64,000 nt of DNA from Escherichia coli (lineage in GTDB: Bacteria > Pseudomonadota > Gammaproteobacteria > Enterobacterales > Enterobacteriaceae). A program made the translations under genes and the position numbers. Below the pieces are notes generated by a model. It had not been told where the DNA came from, ran no database searches, and was given only the letters and a program-made list of their open reading frames with translations. The stretch lies in the NCBI RefSeq assembly GCF_965641715.1, contig NZ_OZ282453.1; one strand, written 5' to 3'. Positions 13,125-24,942 of the stretch are shown here, in pieces; position 1 is the stretch's first letter, and each line of letters opens with the position of its first letter.

Positions 13125-13310
13125 ATATGACAGGGTGAGGGGTAACCTCACATCCTGATTATTGACTAAGTGCGCGTTGTTCATGCCGGATGCGGCGTGA
13201 ACGCCTTATCCGGCCTACAAATCATGCAAATCCAAAATATTGCAGGAGTTATGTAGGCCTGATAAGCGTAGCGCATCAGGCATTTATGCGTTTAGGGTGA
13301 GGGATAACCT
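13125..13310. repeat. BIME-like cluster of REP palindromes between mltA and tcdA
   Basis: gccggatgcggcgtgaacgccttatccggcctac and gtaggcctgataagcgtagcgcatcaggc REP units flanked by gtgaggggtaacctcac-type palindromes. Confidence 0.6.
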
Positions 13311-13334
13311 CGCCCTTTTTAATTCTGAGGTGCT

Positions 13335-14141
13335 ATGTCTGTGGTAATTAGTGATGCATGGCGTCAGCGTTTTGGTGGCACAGCGCGTCTGTATGGTGAA
13401 AAAGCGTTGCAACTGTTTGCTGACGCGCATATTTGTGTGGTTGGTATCGGTGGTGTCGGTTCCTGGGCGGCGGAAGCGCTGGCGCGCACGGGGATTGGCG
13501 CAATCACGCTTATCGATATGGATGATGTGTGCGTCACCAATACCAATCGGCAAATTCATGCCCTGCGCGATAACGTTGGGCTGGCAAAAGCGGAAGTCAT
13601 GGCGGAACGTATTCGCCAGATTAACCCGGAGTGCCGTGTAACGGTGGTGGATGATTTCGTGACGCCGGATAACGTAGCGCAGCATATGAGCGTGGGTTAT
13701 TCGTACGTGATTGATGCCATTGATAGTGTACGGCCCAAAGCGGCGCTGATTGCTTATTGTCGGCGCAATAAAATCCCGCTGGTCACGACCGGTGGCGCGG
13801 GTGGGCAGATTGACCCAACGCAGATTCAGGTTACCGATCTGGCGAAAACGATTCAGGACCCGCTGGCGGCGAAGTTGCGTGAGCGCCTGAAAAGCGATTT
13901 TGGCGTTGTGAAAAACAGTAAAGGTAAGCTCGGCGTCGATTGCGTGTTCTCTACTGAAGCGCTAGTGTATCCGCAGTCAGATGGTACGGTTTGTGCGATG
14001 AAAGCCACGGCGGAAGGGCCAAAGCGGATGGATTGTGCATCTGGATTTGGCGCGGCAACGATGGTGACCGCCACCTTTGGTTTTGTTGCGGTTTCTCATG
14101 CGCTGAAGAAGATGATGGCGAAAGCGGCGCGTCAGGGGTAA
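13335..14141 (+). CDS. tcdA: tRNA threonylcarbamoyladenosine dehydratase (ThiF/MoeB-like E1 fold)
   Basis: 268 aa with GIGGVGS nucleotide-binding motif; recognised as TcdA/CsdL. Confidence 0.9.
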   Translation: MSVVISDAWRQRFGGTARLYGEKALQLFADAHICVVGIGGVGSWAAEALARTGIGAITLIDMDDVCVTNTNRQIHALRDNVGLAKAEVMAERIRQINPECRVTVVDDFVTPDNVAQHMSVGYSYVIDAIDSVRPKAALIAYCRRNKIPLVTTGGAGGQIDPTQIQVTDLAKTIQDPLAAKLRERLKSDFGVVKNSKGKLGVDCVFSTEALVYPQSDGTVCAMKATAEGPKRMDCASGFGAATMVTATFGFVAVSHALKKMMAKAARQG

Positions 14142-14191
14142 ACAATCAGGTCGGATGCGACGCAAACGTCTTATCCGACCCGGTTCTGTGC

Positions 14192-14635
14192 TTAAACCTG
14201 CTTCGTCGCAGCGATAATCGCCTCGCTTAACGCATTTAACCCCTGGCTGCGTGAGGCGCTAAGTTGCGCACGCAATCCCAGCTCATCAAACAATGCCAGC
14301 GGCGACTGTGCCTGCAATTCGGCGGCGGTTTTCCCCTCAACGGCAGTCAACAGCACCGCCAGCAGGCCGCGCACTATACGTCCTTCGCTGTCGCCAAAGA
14401 AGTGCATTTTACCGTTTTCAGCCACGGTATATCCCAGCCAGACGCGGTTTTCGCATCCGGCAATCTCTTTAGCCTGCGCTTTTAACTCGTCTGGCAAAGC
14501 CGGAAGCTGTTTCCCCAGCATGATCAACTGGCGATATTTATCTTCCCATTGCGTCAACGGTGCGAAGGTATTGCGTAACGTTTCTGCGGTTACGGTTGTG
14601 CCGAACGGATGTCCGGCGAATTGCGGGTTCGTCAT
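14192..14635 (-). CDS. csdE: Sulfur acceptor protein CsdE (SufE-like)
   Basis: 147 aa SufE-family protein directly downstream of csdA, overlapping it by 1 nt. Confidence 0.9.
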
Positions 14636-15840
14636 TAATCCACCAATAATTCCAGCGCGCGGTCAACGGCATTCACCAGCGCATCCACATCACTCTTTGT
14701 ATTATATGGCGCAAAAGAGGCGCGCAGTGTGCCGGTTACGCCTAATTCTGCCAGTAGCGGCTGAGCGCAATGTTGCCCGGCCCGCAAGGCAATACCGTAC
14801 TCCGCCAGCAGCGTCACCATATCGCTGTGATGAACGCCAGCAAAATCAAAGGCCAGCAGGCTGGAATCTTGGCAGCGGAATGAACGAAAGCCTGGACGTT
14901 TCGCCAGCGCATCTTCCGCCAGCGTTGCTAAGCTACGGCTCCAGTTTTCGGCCTGGTTGATATCGTAATCTGCCAGCCATTCCAGCGCCGCGCTTAATCC
15001 TATGACACCAGCCACATTTGGCGTTCCTGCTTCCAGTTTCCACGGCGCAGATTGAGTCGTGAAGCCGTCAAAACTCACTTCGTGAATCATTTTGCCGCCA
15101 CCCAGCCAGGGCGACATCGCTTCCAGCAGTTCTGATTTGCCATACAGCACGCCGATACCCGTCGGGCCATACAGTTTGTGACCAGAGAAAGCATAGAAAT
15201 CGATATCCAGTTGTTGAACATCTGCGGGGAAATGCACCGCCCCCTGAGCACCATCAACCATCACCACCATCCCGGCTGAATGAGCAAAGGTAATCGCTCG
15301 TGCCAGATCCGGGCAACCGCCAGTCACGTTCGACATCTGACCCAACGCCAGAATCCGACTACGGGGAGTAATCAGTTTCGGCAACAAATCGACATCCGGC
15401 AGTCGTTGCGCATTAAGCGGCAATTTCACCACTTTGGCTCCAGTTTGTTGGGCGACCATCAGCCAGGGGACGAGGTTAGCGTGGTGTTCTGCCACGCTGA
15501 CAATAATCTCATCGCCCGGTTGCAGACGCGGACGCGCATAGCATTGTGCCACCATGTTGATGGATTCAGTGGTGCCGCGCGTCCAGACGATAGTTTTATC
15601 ATCCGGTGCATTCAGTAATTGCGCCACTTTCTCTCGTGCAGCTTCATAACTCGCGGTCAGGCGTTGGGCTTCGGCAAACTGGCTGCGATGGACGTTTCCG
15701 GCGCTCAGACTGTAAAACTGTCGGGTGGCTTCAACCACGGCTTCAGGTTTAAGCGCGGTCGCGGCGCTGTCGAGATAGACGCCCGCATCCTGTAGAGCGG
15801 GAAACTGGGCGCGAAACTGCGCGGGATTAAAAACGTTCAT
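14635..15840 (-). CDS. csdA: Cysteine desulfurase CsdA (PLP-dependent, class V aminotransferase fold)
   Basis: ORF track 14635-15876; likely true start at [13 protein letters not shown] (15840); [13 protein letters not shown]-lysine motif. Confidence 0.9.
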
Positions 15841-16028
15841 GGTACTCCTCGGCTTGATGCACCGATCGTGACGCAAAATTCACTTTGATACAAGGAGAGT
15901 GCTAACCATCAGAATTATCTGGATATCCTGGCGAAGCCGCGTCAGTAACATATGCTGAATAGTGTTAGGCGTTAATTTTAGCCTGTTAATCAATACTATT
16001 AAGATTTATTAATCGCTTTAAGGAGAAG

Positions 16029-16259
16029 ATGATGAAAAAGACTGCCGCAATTATTTCTGCCTGTATGCTGACTTTTGCCCTGAGCGCCTGTTCCGGTTCG
16101 AACTATGTGATGCACACCAATGACGGACGTACCATCGTCTCTGACGGCAAACCACAGACTGATAACGATACCGGTATGATTTCGTATAAAGACGCTAATG
16201 GCAACAAACAGCAGATCAACCGTACCGACGTGAAAGAGATGGTCGAACTGGATCAGTAA
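16029..16259 (+). CDS. ygdI: Small DUF903-family lipoprotein
   Basis: 76 aa with signal peptide and lipobox LSACSGS; position between csdA and gcvA. Confidence 0.8.
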   Translation: MMKKTAAIISACMLTFALSACSGSNYVMHTNDGRTIVSDGKPQTDNDTGMISYKDANGNKQQINRTDVKEMVELDQ

Positions 16260-16275
16260 TTCGCGATCGCAAGGT

Positions 16276-16481
16276 AAAAAAAAGCACCGCAATTAGGCGG
16301 TGCTACATTAATCACTATGGACAGACAGGGTAAATGTACAGGAAGTGAAAAAAGGTAGCTTTGCTACCATGGTCTGAATCGCAGACCAATTGCAAACACA
16401 ACAACACAACATCACAACCGTAAGCCAAAAGTTCACCAGAACACGCATTCCGACAAAACTTTTCGTTCCGGCTCAGGAAGT
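16276..16481 (-). ncRNA. gcvB: GcvB small regulatory RNA (Hfq-dependent, represses amino-acid/peptide transporters)
   Basis: Minus-strand sequence starts ACTTCCTGAGCCGGAACGAAAAG, contains the GU-rich TGTGATGTTGTGTTGTTGTGTT region, and ends in a GC hairpin plus U8; divergent from gcvA. Confidence 0.85.
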
Positions 16482-16609
16482 GCCGCCACTATAGGTATTT
16501 GCTGGTAGAAGCTCAACGGACAATTTATAATGGCTCAGATTAAAAAAACTAATAGGTTACACAGTGTGATCTAATTGTTAAATTCATTTAACATCAAAGT
16601 TTAAAAGCC

Positions 16610-17527
16610 ATGTCTAAACGATTACCACCGCTAAATGCCTTACGAGTTTTTGATGCCGCAGCACGCCATTTAAGTTTCACTCGCGCAGCAGAAGAGCTTT
16701 TTGTGACCCAGGCCGCAGTAAGTCATCAAATCAAGTCTCTTGAGGATTTTTTGGGGCTAAAACTGTTCCGCCGCCGTAATCGTTCACTCCTGCTGACCGA
16801 GGAAGGGCAAAGCTATTTCCTCGATATCAAAGAGATATTTTCGCAATTAACCGAAGCGACGCGTAAACTCCAGGCCCGTAGCGCCAAGGGGGCGTTGACG
16901 GTCAGTTTACTCCCCAGTTTCGCCATTCATTGGTTGGTTCCGCGACTTTCCAGCTTTAATTCAGCTTATCCGGGAATTGACGTTCGAATCCAGGCGGTTG
17001 ATCGTCAGGAAGATAAGCTGGCGGATGATGTTGATGTGGCGATATTTTATGGTCGGGGCAACTGGCCGGGGCTACGGGTGGAAAAACTGTACGCCGAATA
17101 TTTATTGCCGGTGTGTTCGCCGCTACTGCTGACTGGCGAAAAACCCTTGAAGACCCCGGAAGATCTGGCTAAACATACGTTATTACATGATGCGTCACGC
17201 CGTGACTGGCAGACATATACTCGTCAATTGGGGTTAAATCATATCAACGTTCAGCAAGGGCCAATTTTTAGCCATAGCGCCATGGTGCTGCAAGCGGCTA
17301 TTCACGGGCAGGGAGTGGCGCTGGCAAATAACGTGATGGCGCAATCTGAAATTGAAGCCGGACGTCTTGTTTGCCCGTTTAATGATGTTCTGGTCAGTAA
17401 AAACGCTTTTTATCTGGTTTGTCATGACAGCCAGGCAGAACTGGGTAAAATAGCCGCCTTTCGCCAATGGATCCTGGCGAAAGCCGCTGCTGAACAAGAA
17501 AAATTCCGCTTTCGTTATGAACAATAA
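16610..17527 (+). CDS. gcvA: LysR-family regulator of the glycine cleavage system
   Basis: 305 aa with N-terminal LysR HTH; recognised as GcvA. Confidence 0.95.
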   Translation: MSKRLPPLNALRVFDAAARHLSFTRAAEELFVTQAAVSHQIKSLEDFLGLKLFRRRNRSLLLTEEGQSYFLDIKEIFSQLTEATRKLQARSAKGALTVSLLPSFAIHWLVPRLSSFNSAYPGIDVRIQAVDRQEDKLADDVDVAIFYGRGNWPGLRVEKLYAEYLLPVCSPLLLTGEKPLKTPEDLAKHTLLHDASRRDWQTYTRQLGLNHINVQQGPIFSHSAMVLQAAIHGQGVALANNVMAQSEIEAGRLVCPFNDVLVSKNAFYLVCHDSQAELGKIAAFRQWILAKAAAEQEKFRFRYEQ

Positions 17528-17545
17528 TTTACGTAGGGTACGACC

Positions 17546-17941
17546 ATGACCAGCCGTTTTATGCTGATTTTCGCCGCCATTAGCGGCTTCATTTTTGTGG
17601 CACTGGGCGCTTTTGGCGCGCATGTGTTAAGTAAAACCATGGGGGCCGTTGAGATGGGCTGGATCCAGACCGGCCTCGAATACCAGGCGTTTCATACGCT
17701 GGCGATCTTAGGTCTGGCGGTGGCAATGCAGCGTCGCATCAGTATCTGGTTTTACTGGAGTAGCGTTTTCCTCGCGTTAGGCACGGTGCTGTTCAGCGGC
17801 AGCCTTTATTGCCTGGCACTGTCCCATCTGCGTTTGTGGGCGTTTGTCACTCCTGTTGGCGGCGTGAGCTTCCTTGCGGGCTGGGCGTTAATGTTAGTTG
17901 GTGCTATCCGTTTAAAGCGCAAGGGCGTAAGTCATGAATAA
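17546..17941 (+). CDS. ygdD: DUF423 inner membrane protein
   Basis: 131 aa, four predicted TM helices; overlaps rlmM start by 8 nt. Confidence 0.85.
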
Positions 17942-19034
17942 GGTTGTATTGCTGTGCCGTCCGGGCTTTGAAAAAGAGTGCGCCGCAGAAATTACCGATA
18001 AAGCCGGCCAGCGGGAAATTTTCGGTTTTGCCCGCGTGAAAGAGAATGCGGGTTATGTCATTTATGAATGTTATCAACCTGATGATGGCGATAAGTTAAT
18101 CCGTGAGCTGCCGTTCAGTTCATTAATTTTTGCCCGCCAGTGGTTTGTGGTGGGGGAACTCCTGCAGCATTTGCCACCAGAAGATCGTATTACCCCCATT
18201 GTCGGCATGTTACAGGGTGTAGTAGAGAAGGGCGGTGAACTGCGTGTTGAAGTTGCCGATACCAACGAAAGCAAAGAATTGCTGAAATTCTGCCGTAAAT
18301 TCACCGTGCCGCTACGCGCTGCCTTGCGCGATGCGGGGGTGCTGGCGAACTATGAAACGCCGAAGCGTCCGGTAGTGCATGTATTCTTCATTGCACCAGG
18401 CTGCTGCTATACCGGTTACTCATACAGCAACAATAATTCGCCGTTCTATATGGGCATTCCGCGCCTGAAATTTCCGGCAGATGCGCCGAGTCGTTCCACG
18501 CTCAAACTGGAAGAGGCATTTCATGTGTTTATTCCTGCGGATGAGTGGGATGAACGCCTGGCGAACGGGATGTGGGCGGTGGATTTAGGCGCTTGCCCTG
18601 GCGGCTGGACCTACCAACTGGTGAAGCGCAACATGTGGGTTTATTCCGTCGACAACGGCCCGATGGCGCAAAGTCTGATGGATACCGGACAGGTGACGTG
18701 GCTACGGGAAGACGGGTTCAAATTCCGTCCGACACGCAGCAATATCTCCTGGATGGTATGCGATATGGTTGAAAAACCGGCGAAAGTTGCGGCATTGATG
18801 GCGCAGTGGCTGGTTAATGGCTGGTGCCGTGAAACCATTTTCAACCTCAAACTGCCGATGAAAAAACGCTACGAAGAAGTGTCACACAATCTGGCGTATA
18901 TTCAGGCACAGCTTGATGAACATGGCATAAATGCTCAGATTCAGGCGCGGCAGTTGTATCACGATCGCGAAGAAGTGACGGTGCACGTCCGTCGTATATG
19001 GGCTGCGGTGGGTGGTCGTCGCGACGAGCGATAA
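17934..19034 (+). CDS. rlmM: 23S rRNA 2'-O-ribose C2498 methyltransferase
   Basis: 366 aa recognised as RlmM/YgdE. Confidence 0.9.
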
Positions 19035-19077
19035 CAGGCAAGGCCGGGGCGTCGTTTCCGGCCTGCTACCCTTTCCG

Positions 19078-19809
19078 TCAGGCTGTTACCAAAGAAGTTG
19101 CAACCTGGCGCTCATCAGAAATAATGTGCGTTACCTCATCCAGATGCCCGATGCGGGCTTCCCCTGAACGATTAAATTTACTTTTATCAATCAATAACAA
19201 CGATTGCGCGGCACGTTTTAATAGCATCGATTTGTAATCAGCGTTGATGGCATTGGAGTCCCACAGTGCGCCGCTGCTATCGATCCCTTCACAAGAAAAA
19301 ATAAACAGATCGATTTCCAGCGATTTAAGTTGGGAAATCAGCGAGGGATTGACGTAACAGCCATATTTGCGCTCAAGTGTGCCGCCGGAACTGATCAGTT
19401 GAATGCGTTCACGTTTACCGAGTTCATGGCAAATCGGATGGCTATTGGTGAAGACCTGAATGTTGATGTCAGGCAACTGGCGTGCCAGATACCAGCAAGT
19501 TGAACTGGCGTCTAAGGCTATCACCATCCCTTCTTCAATCCACGCGAGCGCCTCGCGCGCGATATCTGCTTTATGCGCATAATGGCTTTTCAGCCGGATG
19601 TGAAAGGGATCGCCACTGTCTTGATTTTGACGGTGGATATATTTAGCGCGTCCATGATTGCGCAGAATTTTACCCTGCGTCTGTAATTCATTGAGATCGC
19701 GACGAATGGTTTCTTTACTGACCTTTAGCTGTTCAGAGAGAGCTTCCGTGGTCAGGCTGGTATGGTTCAGCAGCAGGTCGACTATCGCTTGCTGGCGTGC
19801 CGCTTTCAT
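19078..19809 (-). CDS. fucR: DeoR-family activator of the L-fucose regulon
   Basis: ORF track 19078-19818; DeoR HTH and sugar-binding domain; likely start at MKAARQQAIVDLL. Confidence 0.9.
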   Translation of the reverse strand: MKAARQQAIVDLLLNHTSLTTEALSEQLKVSKETIRRDLNELQTQGKILRNHGRAKYIHRQNQDSGDPFHIRLKSHYAHKADIAREALAWIEEGMVIALDASSTCWYLARQLPDINIQVFTNSHPICHELGKRERIQLISSGGTLERKYGCYVNPSLISQLKSLEIDLFIFSCEGIDSSGALWDSNAINADYKSMLLKRAAQSLLLIDKSKFNRSGEARIGHLDEVTHIISDERQVATSLVTA

Positions 19810-19866
19810 ATTTTTCACCCCATCATTCGATAACCGCCCGCGTCATGCGGGCGTACCGGTATGAGA

Positions 19867-20289
19867 TTACGGTGTTACCCCTTTTTTTAAAAGAATATTC
19901 CCGTACTTCGCTCGTTCGCCTGTGATAACGATCGCAAAGGCTTTTTGCGCCCGTTCATAAAACGCAAAACGATTGATGCGGATGATGTCAGGACAGGGAG
20001 CTTGTAGTGAAAGCGCATTACGGTAACGTCGTTCTACTTCAGGATCGAGAGTGTCACCTTCTACCGCTGCCATCATCACCAGCGGCGGTGCATAACTGTC
20101 CAGCTCAAATAACGGGATAATCGCCTGGAGCAAGTCGCTCACCAACAGGCCATCAGCGCGGATCACCTGCGGTCCCATCGAATGGGCGGGAAAGTGAGCA
20201 TCGGAAAAAATAATTTCATCTCCATGTCCCATCTCTGCCAGCACTTTCAATAGTTCGGGAGAAATTAACGGCGAAATTGTTTTCAGCAT
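19867..20289 (-). CDS. fucU: L-fucose mutarotase
   Basis: 140 aa RbsD/FucU family. Confidence 0.9.
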
Positions 20290-20290
20290 T

Positions 20291-21709
20291 TCACACTTCC
20301 TCTATAAATTCAGGTTCAGTTTGCGGGTAGAAATAACGGTACTGATAATGAATCTGTGCGCGGGCTTCTTCCGGGCTGTTAAATTCCCCTACGCCATACC
20401 AACCGAACAGCGCAGCTCCTGCGACGGTCGTTTCGGCATCGTCGAGAACTTTTACCGGAATATCAAGCATATTGGCTTTAATCTGATTCCACAATGTGTT
20501 GCGACTTCCTCCGCCGACTAACAATAATTCAGAGGCTTTAAAGTGGCCGATTTTTTCCAGCATCTGTAGATTGCGCTGTAATTGCGCAGTTAACCCTTCC
20601 AGCGCCGCGCGATAGAAATGCCCCCGCGTGGTATTAAGCGTCACTCCTTGCCAGCCAGCGTTCTGACACGACAATAAATCACACTGCATTTTCACGCCAT
20701 CCGCGCCAGGCGCGATCAGACGAGCCTCTTCAATCAACATTTGCCAGGGTGTTTCAGCCGTCCAGAACAGTTTTCTCACCCATTCCAGCACGCCGGATGC
20801 CAGCCATTGCATACCTGGGTTATACAACCCTGCCTGGCTATCCAGTTCGCAGGTGGAACCGGCGTACTGACTTAACAGCGAAGTATCAACCTGGGCGCTG
20901 CGAACCATTAAAATTTCCCATGTACCGGAAGAGAGCACGGGTTCATTTTGTTCAGCACCAGCGCCAAAAAGGGCGAACTGGGTATCGTGACCTGCGGACA
21001 TCACCGGTATGCCAACGGGTAAGCCGAGCATTGCTGCGGCGCTGTTCTGTAGCGTACCAATCTGTTCACCCGCTTCCACCAGACGAGGGAAGAGTCGGCG
21101 TGGAATACCGGTGGCTTGTAAAATTTGCGGACTGAAATCGCGTTGCTGGATATCCAGCATCTGGCTGGTTCCGGCCATCGTGATATCAGTAGTGAATTCG
21201 CCGGTTAAACGGTGGTTAATCAGCGACGAAATAAAGAGCCAGGCGTGCGCGCGTTCCAGCAGTTGTGGATGATTTTCTTTCAACCACACCAACTTATATA
21301 ACGTATTGAAACTAAAGGGTCCGACGCCAGAAATAGCCTGCAACCGCTGTGCGGAGATCAACTGTTCAATATTGTCCATAACCGCTGCTGTTCGCGGACA
21401 TTTCCAGCTAATGATCGGATAGAGCAGATTGCCTTGCTTATCTACCAGAGCGCCATCCACACCAAAGGTGGTGACGGCGATACCGCGGATGTGGCATTCA
21501 GTCAGTTCACTATTGATTTGCCGACAGCAATCAGCAAAGCGTTGCAAAATGGCATCTAAAGACCACTGGTGCCAGGTGTTGTTTTCCATCGCGATATCGC
21601 TGGCATTAGGCGTTGAGGCGCGGGCAACAATTTTTCCCTGCCGATTAACCGCGATGGCCCTGACATTGGTCGCGCCACAGTCGAGTACCAGGATAACTTC
21701 TTGTTTCAT
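20291..21709 (-). CDS. fucK: L-fuculokinase (FGGY kinase)
   Basis: ORF track 20291-21739; likely start at [15 protein letters not shown]. Confidence 0.9.
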
Positions 21710-21726
21710 AATCGCTCCTGCAATAT

Positions 21727-21752
21727 AGCCGGATAACATTGCTTATCCGGCT
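21727..21752. repeat. Intercistronic palindrome (REP-like hairpin) between fucI and fucK
   Basis: agccggataa-cattgc-ttatccggct perfect 10-bp inverted repeat. Confidence 0.5.
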
Positions 21753-21817
21753 AACCACTCTTGCTTGTTCAGGCCCGGTAGCCGGAGCGACCGGGCATCA
21801 CATCAGGGAGTAATGTA

Positions 21818-23593
21818 TTAACGCTTGTACAACGGACCGTAGTTCTGGCAAGCGCGGTAATCCTGGCCTTCAATATCCATGCCGTGCGCAGCCCAGGCAG
21901 AAGGACGATACACTTTGGTCTCTTCAACGTTGTGCATACATACCGGGATACGCAGCATGGAGGCGAGAGTGATAAAGTCTGCGCCAACGTGGCCGATGGT
22001 CAGAACCCCATGGTTAGCGCCCCAGTTCGCCATTACCGAGTACACATCCGTAAACGGCCCTTTACCGGTGAGGCGCGGTGCAAACCAGGTGGTTGGCCAG
22101 GTTGAGTTGGTGCGTTTGTTGAGGATGTCATGCACATCCTTCGGCAATTCCACGCTCCAGCCTTCCGCGATTTGCAGTACCGGTCCCAGGCCTTTGATGA
22201 TGTTGACACGAGTCATGGTGAACGGGACGCCGCCTTCGGTAAGGAAGCGGGAAGAGTAACCGCCGCCACGGAAGTATTCGTGGATCGCCGGGCACCATTC
22301 GGTAGCGGCGAGGCAAGCGTCAGCCTCTTGCTGAGAGATTTCCCAGTGCGGCTTCATCGTCGGGTTACCTTCGCTGTCGCGTTGTTTACAGGAACCGTCC
22401 AGCGCAGCAGAACCTGAGTTGATCAAATGGATGATGCCGTGTTCTGCCAGTCCATCGAGTTTATGCCCCGTTACACGCTCAATTGCTTCTGGTGACCAGT
22501 AGGTACGCACATCGGCAAATACCTGAGCGGTGCCGGTGAGCTGGTGACCCATTAGCATTGCCACGCCGTTAAGACTGTCGTTTTCGGTCGCCACGACAAA
22601 GGGTTCGCGCACGCCATTCCAGTCAAATGAACTGTTAAGGATCGCTTCGGCGGTGTCGCCATTGGGATATTGATCGGTCCAGTGGCGTTGTCCCTGGAAG
22701 CCCGCAGCGATGGCGTTGTAGCCAAGTGATTCTTCCACGCGACCAATATCGGCCAGTTTGCTGTTGCCTTGCATCATGTCGCGGATACACATCGCCATCA
22801 GTAAACTTTCGCGCAGAACAGCGCGGCTTTGCTCGGCATTACGTTGATACTGTTTGTTATTTTCATCTTCGCCATAGCGGAAGTTTTTATCAGCCCAGGC
22901 CAGCGCCATTTCCAGTTCGGCTTCGTCGTAAATCTTCTGATCGATACGGCGACGCAGTTCGGTCATATCCACCGCCTGGACTTTCATTCCCAGCCAGGAT
23001 TCAAAGAAGTTGTGATCAACAATGGAACCGGCGATACCCATCGAAACGCCGCCCAGCGACAGATAGCTTTTACCTTTCATACTGGCGACGGCCAAACCGG
23101 CGCGGGCAAAGCGCAGCAGTTTTTCTTCAACATCGGCAGGAATCGATGTGTCATCGGCATCCTGAACGTCATGACCGTAAATGGAGAATGCCGGGATGCC
23201 TTTCTGGCTGTGAGCTGCCAGAGCCGCGGCCAGGTAAACAGCGCCGGGGCGTTCAGTGCCGTTAAAGCCCCAAATGGCTTTCGGGCGGGTTGGATCCATG
23301 TCGATGGTTTCACTGCCATAGCACCAGCAAGGCGTTACCGTAATGGTGAGGCCTACATTCTGACTGCTAAATTTTTCTTCGCAAGCCGCGGCTTCAGCCA
23401 TACCCGCGATACAGGTATCGGAAATGACACACTCGACGGCAGCTCCGCAGGCATGGCGCAGTTTCTCGGTCAGCAGTGCGGCCGTAGCTTTCGCCATATT
23501 CATTGTTTGTTCTTCAAGCGACTCACGAACACCCATGCGACGACCGTCAATAACCGGGCGGATACCAATTTTCGGTAAGCTGATTTTTTTCAT
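21818..23593 (-). CDS. fucI: L-fucose isomerase
   Basis: 591 aa recognised as FucI. Confidence 0.95.
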   Translation of the reverse strand: MKKISLPKIGIRPVIDGRRMGVRESLEEQTMNMAKATAALLTEKLRHACGAAVECVISDTCIAGMAEAAACEEKFSSQNVGLTITVTPCWCYGSETIDMDPTRPKAIWGFNGTERPGAVYLAAALAAHSQKGIPAFSIYGHDVQDADDTSIPADVEEKLLRFARAGLAVASMKGKSYLSLGGVSMGIAGSIVDHNFFESWLGMKVQAVDMTELRRRIDQKIYDEAELEMALAWADKNFRYGEDENNKQYQRNAEQSRAVLRESLLMAMCIRDMMQGNSKLADIGRVEESLGYNAIAAGFQGQRHWTDQYPNGDTAEAILNSSFDWNGVREPFVVATENDSLNGVAMLMGHQLTGTAQVFADVRTYWSPEAIERVTGHKLDGLAEHGIIHLINSGSAALDGSCKQRDSEGNPTMKPHWEISQQEADACLAATEWCPAIHEYFRGGGYSSRFLTEGGVPFTMTRVNIIKGLGPVLQIAEGWSVELPKDVHDILNKRTNSTWPTTWFAPRLTGKGPFTDVYSVMANWGANHGVLTIGHVGADFITLASMLRIPVCMHNVEETKVYRPSAWAAHGMDIEGQDYRACQNYGPLYKR

Positions 23594-23625
23594 TACAGAT
23601 TCCTCACTTTATTCGGAAAATATGT

Positions 23626-24942
23626 TCAGTTAGTTGCCGTTTGAGAACGGAAACGGGCAAAGATAAAGATGACCGCGAAGCAGAGTGCGGGGATCAGTTC
23701 AGCAGTGGGGATGTTGCCCGCCGCGTCACTGACAAAACCCATGACCGGAGTGACAATACCGCCGCCAATGATGGTCATAACGATGAAGGACGAACCGTAT
23801 TTGGTGTCCTGGCCGAGATTCTTAATGCCCAGCGAGAAGATTGTTGGGTACTGAATCGACATAAAGGCGCTGCATAAAGTCAGGGCTATTAAGCCCACAT
23901 GACCGCCAGCGAAGGCTGAGATCAGGCACAGTGCCATAGCGATTAATGCGTAGGCGGCCAGGACTTTGTGTGGTGCGAAGCGACTGATGAGCCAGGTACC
24001 GGTGAAACGACCAATAAAGAAGCACACCATGGTTCCGGTTAAATAGTTAGCGGCAAAGCCTGCAGTCATACCTGGAATTTCTTCTACAGCGTAGCGAATC
24101 AAATAGCTCCAGCAGGCCGTTTGTGCGCCAACGTAGCAGAATTGCGCTAATACTGCCCAGCGCCAGTGGCGAATACGCGCCAGGCGAGAAAGCGATGCGG
24201 AGAACGATCCTTGTTTGGCGTCACTGTGATTATCACTCTGCAATGCCGGGAATTTCGTCAGCATGATCAGCAGGGCGACCAGTAACACGATAGCCACGAT
24301 GATCATATAAGGTGTCTGTACCGATAATACCAGGCTGTGTTTATACGCACTCAATTGCTCTGGAGACATTTTATCGAGAACGTCTTGCGATTGATGCGGC
24401 ACGTTAGACAAAATAAGACTTTGCCCAAAGACAACCGCGATAATTGCGCCAAATGAGTTAAATGTTTGCGCAAGATTTAAGCGGAAGTGACCACTGCTTT
24501 CCGGCCCTAATACCGTAACAAAAGGGTTTGCGGCAGTTTCCAGACAACCTAATCCGGCTGCAATAATAAATAGGCCAACTAAAAATAAGGTGTAGTTCAT
24601 TATTTCTGCGGCGGGCCAGAATAATGCAGCACCCAAGGCATATAAAAATAACCCGGTAATAATTCCTGCTTTATAACTGAGTTTTTTCATCAATATCCCA
24701 GCAGGGATTGGGATAATGAAATAACCAAAGTAAAAGGCCGATTGGATCAGGCCAGCCTGGAAATTTGTCAGTGTAAAAGCCTGCTGGAATTGAGGTAATA
24801 AAATGTCGTTAAGGTTATTGGCTACCGCCCAAAGAAAAAACAGTGAGCACAGCAGCGCGAATGGAATAATGTAACTTCTGCTTTGCCCTGCATCTTTATC
24901 TACCGCACGGTAACTCTGCGTTTGTATTGATGTGTTTCCCAT
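23626..24942 (-). CDS. fucP: L-fucose:H+ symporter (MFS)
   Basis: 438 aa, 12-TM MFS protein recognised as FucP. Confidence 0.95.
   Translation of the reverse strand: MGNTSIQTQSYRAVDKDAGQSRSYIIPFALLCSLFFLWAVANNLNDILLPQFQQAFTLTNFQAGLIQSAFYFGYFIIPIPAGILMKKLSYKAGIITGLFLYALGAALFWPAAEIMNYTLFLVGLFIIAAGLGCLETAANPFVTVLGPESSGHFRLNLAQTFNSFGAIIAVVFGQSLILSNVPHQSQDVLDKMSPEQLSAYKHSLVLSVQTPYMIIVAIVLLVALLIMLTKFPALQSDNHSDAKQGSFSASLSRLARIRHWRWAVLAQFCYVGAQTACWSYLIRYAVEEIPGMTAGFAANYLTGTMVCFFIGRFTGTWLISRFAPHKVLAAYALIAMALCLISAFAGGHVGLIALTLCSAFMSIQYPTIFSLGIKNLGQDTKYGSSFIVMTIIGGGIVTPVMGFVSDAAGNIPTAELIPALCFAVIFIFARFRSQTATN

Noticed and set aside
19041-19062. ggccggggcgtcgtttccggcc hairpin between rlmM and fucR as a terminator
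   Set aside because: A stem can form, but there is no adjacent U-run on either strand, so intrinsic-terminator assignment is not supported; it may still be a structural element.
22829-23578. 249-aa and 179-aa plus-strand ORFs inside fucI
   Set aside because: Antisense frame artefacts within fucI; no ribosome-binding site and composition typical of antisense translation.
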